NCBI GenBank assembly: GCA_023381255.1
Contig: JAMCTX010000021.1
Location: 5,184 to 69,183, forward strand
DNA: 64,000 nucleotides
Direction: 5' to 3'
From: Nitrososphaerota archaeon
GTDB taxonomy: Archaea > Thermoproteota > Nitrososphaeria > Conexivisphaerales > UBA164
Under the pieces are notes generated by a model, which saw only the letters and a list, made by a program, of their open reading frames with translations, was not told where the DNA came from and made no database searches. This document shows positions 36,603 through 44,028 of the stretch, piece after piece. How positions within the stretch are numbered: position 1 is the stretch's first letter; each line of letters opens with the position of its first letter. The translations under genes and the position numbers were made by a program.

Positions 36603-36958
36603 GTTATCTTTACTTCATAAGCTCCCTCATTTGTCAGCACCGCAATCGTTTCGTTTGGCTTTATCGCGCTGTAAAGGTAAACCGAGGTTTCCTGCCCGGA
36701 ATTCAGCGAAGCTGTGTAGGGTATCACAAACGCGCCCTTTCCCTGAAATACCGCAAACCCGCTAACCGCAAGCATGTTTGCGCCCGTGTTTGTTACGTTG
36801 AAATACTGGGTAGTTTCGCTGTACGCCGTGTACAGGTGGGGCGCAGGGCTTGCAGACTGAACAGGCTGCAAATTCATGGCGTAAAGCAGCACAAAGATTG
36901 AGCCGAACGCCAGAATAAGCACGAACAGCGCAATAAAAACGCTCGATACCGCTTTCAT
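36599..36958 (-). CDS. archaeal type IV pilin-like protein (class III signal peptide)
   Basis: The N-terminus 'MKAVSSVFIALFVLILAFGSIF' resembles the KAVSPVIA-type (DUF361) pilin/archaellin-like signal. Sequons NVT and NET are present. It overlaps the next gene by 4 nt. Confidence 0.6.
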   Translation of the reverse strand: MKAVSSVFIALFVLILAFGSIFVLLYAMNLQPVQSASPAPHLYTAYSETTQYFNVTNTGANMLAVSGFAVFQGKGAFVIPYTASLNSGQETSVYLYSAIKPNETIAVLTNEGAYEVKIT

Positions 36959-36975
36959 GATTAAAGGGGCAAAAA

Positions 36976-37398
36976 ATGCTTATAAGGAAGACTGGCCATG
37001 CGCTTTTTATGAGCAGATTTCCGCTGTGGACCCCGCCGGTAATTGTGGCCGCAAGCGATTTTATAGTAACGTTCTCGATCTTTTATTTTGTCCCAAATAC
37101 TTCATCATACATACCGCTGTATTTTATTGTTTACGCGCTCATATCTGTGGCTGCCGCAATGGCCTATTTCGTAATAAGGTCCAGGAGCCGTAAACTTATC
37201 ATTAAGGATGTCATGGTATCAGGAAACCTTGACGAAGATTACAGGGAAAGGCTGAGGCAGGCGTCGGAAATGTTCATGCAGGGCAAGATGGAGACAGAGG
37301 ACCAGTTCTTTACCTTCATGGGACAGCGCACCGACAGGGAGGAAAAAATCTTTTCAGCATTAAAGGAGTCCAGGGAAAAGCTAGAAAAAAAGCAATGA
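36976..37398 (+). CDS. membrane protein with cytoplasmic coiled-coil tail
   Basis: Two TM segments followed by a charged tail 'DEDYRERLRQASEMFMQGKMETED...KESREKLEKKQ'. An alternative start is at 37009. Confidence 0.5.
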   Translation: MLIRKTGHALFMSRFPLWTPPVIVAASDFIVTFSIFYFVPNTSSYIPLYFIVYALISVAAAMAYFVIRSRSRKLIIKDVMVSGNLDEDYRERLRQASEMFMQGKMETEDQFFTFMGQRTDREEKIFSALKESREKLEKKQ

Positions 37399-37775
37399 AC
37401 AGGCTTGTCCTTTCATCAGCGCTTGCAACAGGCGGAATGTTAGTTATGTTTCTTTCAATCCCGGTAAGCCGATTTTTTCCAGTTAATTACCAGAACTCTT
37501 ACGGCTTTTTCCAGATGTTGCCACCAGCGCTAATGATGCTTGTCGGTGCCGTGCTGGTCGGGGCCGCGGCGTATAATCTTGTTGACAGGGAAAGGCCATA
37601 CTTTTTCAGGACTAGAATGACGAGCCTGGTAATGGGGGCGACCATGACTGTATTTGCATGGGCAGCATATGTTTACGGCGCACAGGGATACGTTATAGCT
37701 GGATATCTTGTAGTAGGCATAATCCTGATTGCCGGTGCCATATTCAGGATATTCATCCAGGCGGTACGGCAATAG
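37395..37775 (+). CDS. small polytopic membrane protein (4 TM)
   Basis: ATGA-coupled to 36976-37398. Hydrophobic throughout. Confidence 0.5.
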   Translation: MNRLVLSSALATGGMLVMFLSIPVSRFFPVNYQNSYGFFQMLPPALMMLVGAVLVGAAAYNLVDRERPYFFRTRMTSLVMGATMTVFAWAAYVYGAQGYVIAGYLVVGIILIAGAIFRIFIQAVRQ

Positions 37776-37883
37776 GCAAATGATTTTAAACACCTGACTT
37801 GTCGCACTTATCGTGGCGCAAACTCTATTTTATAGCAAGGAACGCATAATTGAAGAAAAATTGTTGCGCGTCAAACTCGGTTG

Positions 37884-37901
37884 CAGGCAATATATTGCCT
37901 G
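37884..37901. repeat. perfect 18-nt palindrome CAGGCAATATATTGCCTG
   Basis: Read directly from the sequence. It lies in the 297-nt spacer between convergent genes 37395-37775 and 38073-38855. Confidence 0.6.
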
Positions 37902-38072
37902 TTAATGGGAAGCAGCACCGCATGGCAAAAGTGGGTGGAAAGACATCAGTAACTTTTCTTTAAATTCAACCGCCAACACTTTCAAACAACAAAAAATGAG
38001 TTCAAAATCATTCAGCTATGGCGATGGAAACGTAAGCCGTTTTTTAAAGTTGTGTTTTAAATTTTAAAAAAA

Positions 38073-38855
38073 TCATTGAGGTGAAACTTCTGAAGCGTTG
38101 CTGGTTGCCTGGGAGCTGGCAGCCGCTGACACCCGGTGCAGGCCAATTATGAGCAATATCGTTGATGCTATGCCCAGCAATGACGCTACAGATGTAACTG
38201 CAGGGAGGAGCACGCCAAATATTGCCGACAGAACAACGTCCACAATGACCAGGATTATTGAAACCTTTATCATCCGGTTATTGTACGACGAACCGAGCCT
38301 CCAGAGGCCAATGTACAGCATGATTACCCCAACTATGATCAGTATTGCGCCCACAAATGAGAGTATGCCTATTCCTGCTATGAGCGGCAAAACAGAGGTC
38401 AGAGCCGAGCTGCCCTGTAATACGGCTGAAGTTAGCTCAGGCAGCAGCGCCATAAACGACACCAGTGCAAATACAGCGCCAACGACGACCAATATAAGGC
38501 CCCTCCTGCCTATTGCGTATCTGCTGTCAGCCGTTTTCAGGGAAGACCAGCCCATCCACTGGAACACGAGCTCAACCACGCCGAACACAACGGCTATCCC
38601 TATAACAATGTACAGCACTCCTGCTATGCCAGAAATCAATGTCGGCACGGTGCTTGGCGGTAAAGTGCTCGTGGTGTTAAGGTATGAGGTTGAATTGATG
38701 TAATAGTTGGACGAAAACGAAAGATATGGAATCAGCTTGATTAACAGCATGTATACCAGGACAATCCCCGACACTACCGACCCTATGACAGCTACCAGCA
38801 TTGACCACATGAGCATCCTTGCCCCCTTTGAAATCAGCTTCGCGTTGTTTTGCAT
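38073..38855 (-). CDS. polytopic membrane protein with Ser/Thr/Asn-rich loop (DUF973-like?)
   Basis: Six to seven TM segments and an extracytoplasmic loop 'NYYINSTSYLNTTSTLPPSTVP' with sequons. The family assignment is from memory only. Confidence 0.5.
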   Translation of the reverse strand: MQNNAKLISKGARMLMWSMLVAVIGSVVSGIVLVYMLLIKLIPYLSFSSNYYINSTSYLNTTSTLPPSTVPTLISGIAGVLYIVIGIAVVFGVVELVFQWMGWSSLKTADSRYAIGRRGLILVVVGAVFALVSFMALLPELTSAVLQGSSALTSVLPLIAGIGILSFVGAILIIVGVIMLYIGLWRLGSSYNNRMIKVSIILVIVDVVLSAIFGVLLPAVTSVASLLGIASTILLIIGLHRVSAAASSQATSNASEVSPQ

Positions 38856-39015
38856 GGAGGTGATTTTTGTTAATTATTTTATAAATTTTGCTGCTGACAA
38901 AAGCTTTCCTGAATGCGTAAGGTCCTTCCTAGAAGAATTTGTACGCCCAAATTGCGAATTCTGATACCTCACGTTCTGGAAAAACCTTTTACGCACTTTT
39001 TGTATAACAATACTT

Positions 39016-39501
39016 TCAAGTTTGTCTCTCAATGACGGTGTTTTTGCTGATAGTAACTGCCCCTGCCAGAAAGGTCTTAACCACGGTGAAAACAAGCCTG
39101 CCGCCGAAATAGACCGCTATCATTTTGTTGCCCTTCAAAATCGGAACACCATCAAATTCCACAGCTATGTTCATGCCTTCAATCTCCCTAAAGTCTTCAA
39201 TTATTGAAATTGTGAGCTTTTTGGCAGGCCTGGCTTTTACTTTTCTCACCTTAACACAGCCCCCTACGTCAACCCCGGTATTTTCTCTCATGAGGCCGTC
39301 CATCCTGATCATTTCTTTGCCTTCATCTGCAGGATAAAGAGGCATCACTTTACTTACTGTTTTATTTTTTCCCGTTATTTCCACAACATAACCGCTACTC
39401 AAACCAAGTTCATCCATGGTATGATAATCAATTCTTGCAATGCTCTCGTTGACGTCTATACCGTAAGCTTCCTTTGCCCTTAGAGTTACATAGCCTGGCA
39501 T
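39016..39501 (-). CDS. stand-alone Cdc48/VAT N-terminal-domain protein
   Basis: 'VTLRAKEAYGIDVNESIARIDYHTMDELGLSSGYVVEITGKNKTVSKVMPLYPADEGKEMIRMDGLMRENTGV..GGCVKVRKV' has the double-psi barrel pattern of Cdc48 N-domains. No AAA+ module follows. Confidence 0.65.
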   Translation of the reverse strand: MPGYVTLRAKEAYGIDVNESIARIDYHTMDELGLSSGYVVEITGKNKTVSKVMPLYPADEGKEMIRMDGLMRENTGVDVGGCVKVRKVKARPAKKLTISIIEDFREIEGMNIAVEFDGVPILKGNKMIAVYFGGRLVFTVVKTFLAGAVTISKNTVIERQT

Positions 39502-39565
39502 TGGAAATAATTTATAACATAAAGTTAAATATTTTTAAAAATATCATTCAACAGTTAAAAATAAA

Positions 39566-39697
39566 ATGCCCGTAATTTTTAGCCAGATATCAGCACCAAA
39601 GCCTGCCCAGCCAGACTACCTTGAATATAGAGTTATAACAGCAATAGTCGTTGTGGCCGTCTTGGCTGGCATATTAATGGCAAGAAGAAAACGCTGA
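39566..39697 (+). CDS. possible micro-ORF (43 aa) with a C-terminal TM helix and RRKR tail
   Basis: Hand translation gives MPVIFSQISAPKPAQPDYLEYRVITAIVVVAVLAGILMARRKR*. There is no supporting homology. Confidence 0.2.
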   Translation: MPVIFSQISAPKPAQPDYLEYRVITAIVVVAVLAGILMARRKR

Positions 39698-39884
39698 AAC
39701 AAATGGGTATTTTTTAGAATTTTTAGCATTTAATATTAGTTGTACCGCATTGTTAAGCGGTAAACGGCACTATCATTAGTTTCCCAACTTTATGCAAACC
39801 TTAAAGAGTGAAGTGTTATACTTTTTTTCAAATATTTATACCCGTTTGGGTATACGAACCGGTTGGCGCACAGCAAACTCAATA

Positions 39885-40571
39885 TTAAATAAAAATGGTT
39901 AGTTTGATATTATCCCCGTCCTTGAGATTCAGTTCCTTTCTAAAATTTACAGGAGATATAACCTCAATGACACTTATATCATAATGGGTTCTTTCAATTA
40001 ACACTACAGCTCCCCTGATGCTTTCAATAAGGCAATGAAAGCACCACAGCGCACCATATGTCCTGGTTCCGTCGCTAAATCCCTCTATTTTAATTCCCAG
40101 GTGCTTATACTGTTCAAGCTTTTCCCTTTCCATAATGTGCCTTAAATCGATCTTCAAGTTTAGGGTTCCAGGGAAGGGTTCAAACCCTATCTTTTTCAAA
40201 AATTGTTCCTTATAGCCGGGGAGGCTCATATAATATGCGCCTTCGCCCATTCCACTGAATAAAGACCCTTCAAGCACTATTGAAGTTGGTGATTCTTCAA
40301 GTTCATTTCTTAAAAGGAGATAAACGGTAACCAGCTGGTCAAGCCCGCTTTGCGTAATTTTTACTACCGTGCCATCCCTGCTGGATTGCCTCTCTATCAG
40401 ACCTTCGCGTTCAAGAGTAATCAGATAAATGCTGGCTGCTTGCTGTGATTTTCCGAGTTTTGCTGCAAGGTCTGCTGTTTTTATTTTTACGTAATTGTCC
40501 TTTGCCCCCATCAACATCAAATTAAATAAAAGCTCGAAGTGCTTAATTTGTATCTTGGTCAATAATTCCAC
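39885..40571 (-). CDS. rbkR: bifunctional HTH regulator / CTP-dependent riboflavin kinase (RbkR type)
   Basis: N-terminal wHTH ('TADLAAKLGKSQQAASIYLITLEREGLIER') fused to an archaeal RibK core ('GEGAYYMSLPGYKEQFLKKIGFEPFPGTLNLK'). Confidence 0.8.
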   Translation of the reverse strand: MELLTKIQIKHFELLFNLMLMGAKDNYVKIKTADLAAKLGKSQQAASIYLITLEREGLIERQSSRDGTVVKITQSGLDQLVTVYLLLRNELEESPTSIVLEGSLFSGMGEGAYYMSLPGYKEQFLKKIGFEPFPGTLNLKIDLRHIMEREKLEQYKHLGIKIEGFSDGTRTYGALWCFHCLIESIRGAVVLIERTHYDISVIEVISPVNFRKELNLKDGDNIKLTIFI

Positions 40572-40632
40572 TTATTTTATTCTTTATAAAAGAGTTGCTG
40601 TGCTGGCGCGCGCCTTTCGCCTTGAAATTTAT

Positions 40633-42042
40633 TTACTGTTTATTTATTTTGCCTCTAAATACGGATAGTGGAATTGCTATTGTTGCTGTTATGGCCGCAA
40701 CCATCGCTGCGTATTTTATGCCAATCATAAACTTTAACAACAGGCCTGCGGGGGCTCCTCCACCAAAAATAAATATGCTTAACAGAGAGGAAAGCGGCAC
40801 AAAATTTAAAATTACCGGTATAAGCAGCGAAAAACTCAATATAGAACCGAAGTTGCGGAAAAGCGACATTGTTCCAGATGTTAGGCCCCTTTTGTGCGGT
40901 GGAGGTATATTCATTATAAATTTATTGTTAGGAGAATTAAACATTCCTGCGCCAATTCCCACGATTGCCATATAGGCGCTCAAGAGCAGGGGCGTTGTAG
41001 ATAGGGCTACCGTTGATAACATCCACATGCCTGCAGCTACAAGCAGCAGTCCTGCAGCTGCTATCACTGGGGCGTTTCCCCTGTCTGCCAGCTTGCCGCT
41101 TAGGGGGGAAATGAGTGACCATGACGCGGCAAAGGGTATCATGTAAAACGCAGCTTTAAGGGGCGACATCCCATATGGCCCCTGAAATATCAGCGTCAAG
41201 AGAAAAATCAGCGAGCCAGTGGCTATTCCATTTAGCAGGTTAACAGTCATCGATATGCTAAAAGGTCTGTTTGAAAAAAGCTGCGGGTCAAAGATCGCAT
41301 TTGCTGACCTGCGTTCGGTTAACAGGAGAAAAACTATCAGCAACGCTATTACAATTATAGAAATGTAATATACATAAGAGCTTAGGTTAAAAAGCGGAAA
41401 AATTGTAAGTACAAGGCTTGCGTAAGTAATTATTATCGAAAATGTTAGTGCTCCTATCCAATCTATTCTGGACGGATTTTTGCTTTCTGGAATTCCGTGC
41501 AGTTTGCCTCTGCTCCACAGCAATATGGCTATGCCTATTGGCACATTGTACCAGAAAACCCACCTCCAGGATAACTCGGTCAGTATCCCCCCTATTATCG
41601 GGCCTATTGCAAAGCCGGCCGATACGGCTATTTGATTTATGCTCAAGGCAAACCCCAGGTTCCCCCTATTTGAAAATACTTCCGTCACCATGGCACTTGA
41701 ATTTGTCATTATGAATCCGGCCCCAACTGCCTGAAATACCCTGAAGATTATTATGAAAAGTGGGGAGGGGGAGAAACCAAGGATCAAAGAAAAAATGGTG
41801 AATATTATTACTCCCAGCCTGAATGTATTGGCCCTTCCAATTCTATCTGTTATTGCGCCTATAATAGTCAGCACTGATACCAGAGCTATTAGATATGACA
41901 GGATGATCCAAAGTGTGTATATTAAATTGACATGAAACTCCACCATTATGGATGGCAGGGCAAGCATGAGCGCACTGGCTGCCATGCCGCTCAGGGCTGC
42001 TGCTGAAGTTGTAACAGAAAGAAGTTGCCAGCCGTTGTTCAT
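40633..42042 (-). CDS. MFS transporter, 14-TMS drug:H+ antiporter (EmrB/QacA-like)
   Basis: 469 aa with about 14 hydrophobic spans and 'ITDRIGRANTF' (motif A). Confidence 0.8.
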   Translation of the reverse strand: MNNGWQLLSVTTSAAALSGMAASALMLALPSIMVEFHVNLIYTLWIILSYLIALVSVLTIIGAITDRIGRANTFRLGVIIFTIFSLILGFSPSPLFIIIFRVFQAVGAGFIMTNSSAMVTEVFSNRGNLGFALSINQIAVSAGFAIGPIIGGILTELSWRWVFWYNVPIGIAILLWSRGKLHGIPESKNPSRIDWIGALTFSIIITYASLVLTIFPLFNLSSYVYYISIIVIALLIVFLLLTERRSANAIFDPQLFSNRPFSISMTVNLLNGIATGSLIFLLTLIFQGPYGMSPLKAAFYMIPFAASWSLISPLSGKLADRGNAPVIAAAGLLLVAAGMWMLSTVALSTTPLLLSAYMAIVGIGAGMFNSPNNKFIMNIPPPHKRGLTSGTMSLFRNFGSILSFSLLIPVILNFVPLSSLLSIFIFGGGAPAGLLLKFMIGIKYAAMVAAITATIAIPLSVFRGKINKQ

Positions 42043-42150
42043 AACATTCTGGCACTTTGTAACTTGTTAAAAGCTTTATCATTAAATCGAAACGGTGCGT
42101 CAAATGTGCTGTAAAGTTTATATGCCAATATCGATATTTCGACATTTAAA

Positions 42151-42546
42151 TTGAACAGGATGCATGGTCATGGCGGGCACAGGATGCTAAGGTTGATAGT
42201 GCTTACAATTTTGCTGCAAGGTCCAAAAAACGGTGTTGAAATAATGAAGGAGATGGAGAACAGGCTTGGCTGGTTGCCTTCTCCCGGCTCAATATATCCG
42301 GTGCTTGCGCAGCTGGCAGCGGAAAACTATATACAGAAAATGGACGATGGCAAATATGCATTGACCCCAAGCGGAAAACTGTATTCTGGTGGTCCCCCTC
42401 TTTGGTTAAGCTCGGTTCCCGTAGCGCTTGGGGCGCTTGACTCAATAATAGATTATCTGGAAAGCGAAAAATCCTCTGACGCACTTTTCCCTTACCTGAA
42501 TAGAATACGGGAAATTGCAAGTAGGCTGAAGGCGCTTGCCGAATAG
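42151..42546 (+). CDS. PadR-family transcriptional regulator
   Basis: 'LRLIVLTILLQGPKNGVEIMKEME...LPSPGSIYPVLAQL'. It is divergent from the MFS gene. The ATG at 42160 is an alternative start. Confidence 0.8.
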   Translation: MNRMHGHGGHRMLRLIVLTILLQGPKNGVEIMKEMENRLGWLPSPGSIYPVLAQLAAENYIQKMDDGKYALTPSGKLYSGGPPLWLSSVPVALGALDSIIDYLESEKSSDALFPYLNRIREIASRLKALAE

Positions 42547-42550
42547 GCGC

Positions 42551-42871
42551 CTAATGCGCTTTGGATTCCCTAAGCAAAAATTTCCCCTTCCTAGTTAACC
42601 TGTAGTACAGATGGTGTTTATGCACTTCTCTTGAAAGTTTAAATTTAGCGTTTTCTCTTTTTATCGAATCGCCCTGAACTCGTTCAATCAATCCCTGCTC
42701 CTCCAATTTTTCAAGCAATACAAGTATTTGCTGCAAATCTATCCCTGTGGATAAAGCTATTGATTTACCATAATCAATCCTTGCAAGCTTAAGATGCCGC
42801 AGCACGACGGTTTCTTCTTCCAACACGCAATAATGTTTCTGCAGCTCCATTTTTAAGCTGTTTGCATCCAA
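42551..42871 (-). CDS. winged-helix protein (DUF2250-like), paralogue of 5917-6288
   Basis: 'LEEQGLIERV...KFKLSREVHKHHLYYRLTRKGK' parallels 'MENMGILARY...KFKVRNRDLKPRGIYFNLTKKGK'. Confidence 0.5.
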   Translation of the reverse strand: MDANSLKMELQKHYCVLEEETVVLRHLKLARIDYGKSIALSTGIDLQQILVLLEKLEEQGLIERVQGDSIKRENAKFKLSREVHKHHLYYRLTRKGKFLLRESKAH

Positions 42872-43015
42872 ATCCTGTGTTTATGTTGGCTGCTCCCACA
42901 AAGCACCGCAGCTTCAAACATTCCAGAATCTTTAAACTGACTGCTCCGCACCAATTTGGTTACTGCGCAGTTTGGTCTCAAAAAGTTAATTATGGGCTTT
43001 TGTCAACTTCCTAGC

Positions 43016-43930
43016 ATGTACTTGCCAGCCACTGTTATAGGCACGCTAAATGTTGATATAAACCTCTACGTCGACCGCATTTCCTCTCCTGGCGGCGAAT
43101 CAAAGGTGCTTAAAATAAAAAGGACCCTTGGAGGAAAGGGAGGAAACATAATCACAGCCTTCGCCAAGCTTGCAGGCGGTGGCAGGTTCGTGGGCGCTAT
43201 AGGAAATGACGATGCCGGCAAGTTGCACCTTGATTCATTTAAAAAACTGAACATAGACACAAATGGCGTTAAAATTGTGGATAATATTGAAAGCGGACAA
43301 TCATATGTGCTTGTTGATCCATCAGGGCAGAATCAGATAAATTCCTATTATGGCGCAAATTCAGCGGTTGATTCTGACCTTATTTTCTCGCAGAGAGCAT
43401 CAATTCACGAATCCAAGTTTGTCATAGCAGCCAACATAGATCCCAGCCTGGCGTCCCTTGCCTTCAGAATGACTGATGGGATAAAAGCGTATGTGCCAGC
43501 TGCTTTTGCTGCACGCAGCCCGGAATCTGTCTGTAAAGTTTCTGGTGATTATATTTTCTTGAATCAAGATGAAATGAATAGCGTCGCCAGCTGCATATTC
43601 CAGTCTTTTAAAAATATAATAGTTACAATGGGGAGCGATGGGGCCAAGATAATAACCGAAAATCAGGAGTTCAGGGTCCCAAGAGTTGACCTGGAATCCT
43701 TTGGGCTTAAAGTAAGAAATACTGCTGGTGCAGGCGACGCTTTTACCGGGGCATTTATGGCCGCTTTATATAAAGGGCTGGACAACTTTCAGGCTTTAAG
43801 GCATGCCAACTATGCAGCTGCGCTAAAGGTTACAAATGACGAGGCAAGAGGCAGCCCGACAGTGGCGGAGCTTGCAAAGTTTTTAAGCAGGGCAGGTGAA
43901 AGTGCAATAACATGGGGGGCTGTCGGCTAG
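43016..43930 (+). CDS. PfkB-family carbohydrate/nucleoside kinase (ribokinase-like)
   Basis: 'GGKGGN' and 'NTAGAGDAFTGAF'. Start taken at the ATG at 43016 (MYLPATVIGTLNVD). The track start at 42956 is probably upstream of the real one. Confidence 0.8.
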   Translation: MYLPATVIGTLNVDINLYVDRISSPGGESKVLKIKRTLGGKGGNIITAFAKLAGGGRFVGAIGNDDAGKLHLDSFKKLNIDTNGVKIVDNIESGQSYVLVDPSGQNQINSYYGANSAVDSDLIFSQRASIHESKFVIAANIDPSLASLAFRMTDGIKAYVPAAFAARSPESVCKVSGDYIFLNQDEMNSVASCIFQSFKNIIVTMGSDGAKIITENQEFRVPRVDLESFGLKVRNTAGAGDAFTGAFMAALYKGLDNFQALRHANYAAALKVTNDEARGSPTVAELAKFLSRAGESAITWGAVG

Positions 43931-43994
43931 CATGGTTCAGGCTGCCAGCCTCGGGCGCTGGTGATCGCCGGTTCAAATCCGGCCAGCCCCACCA
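43916..43994 (+). tRNA. tRNA-Pro (CGG), genomically encoded CCA
   Basis: It differs from the tRNA at 20275-20350 at only two positions that I can see (D-loop U>C, anticodon U34>C). Its 5' end overlaps the last 15 nt of the kinase ORF. Confidence 0.9.
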
Positions 43995-44028
43995 TTAACA
44001 TTTTATATTTGTTAAAAATAGATTTTCC

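Noticed and set aside
38098-38703. A 201-aa plus-strand ORF antisense to 38073-38855.
   Set aside because: Its product is low-complexity and Thr/Ser/Pro/Ala-rich with no hydrophobic periodicity. The minus-strand product has clean TM helices and a proper ATG, so the minus strand is the gene.
29538-39885. A bona fide tRNA-integrated element with attL/attR.
   Set aside because: No integrase gene was found and no direct repeat of the tRNA-Gly 3' half could be found by eye. I retain it only as an 'accessory block' (see findings).
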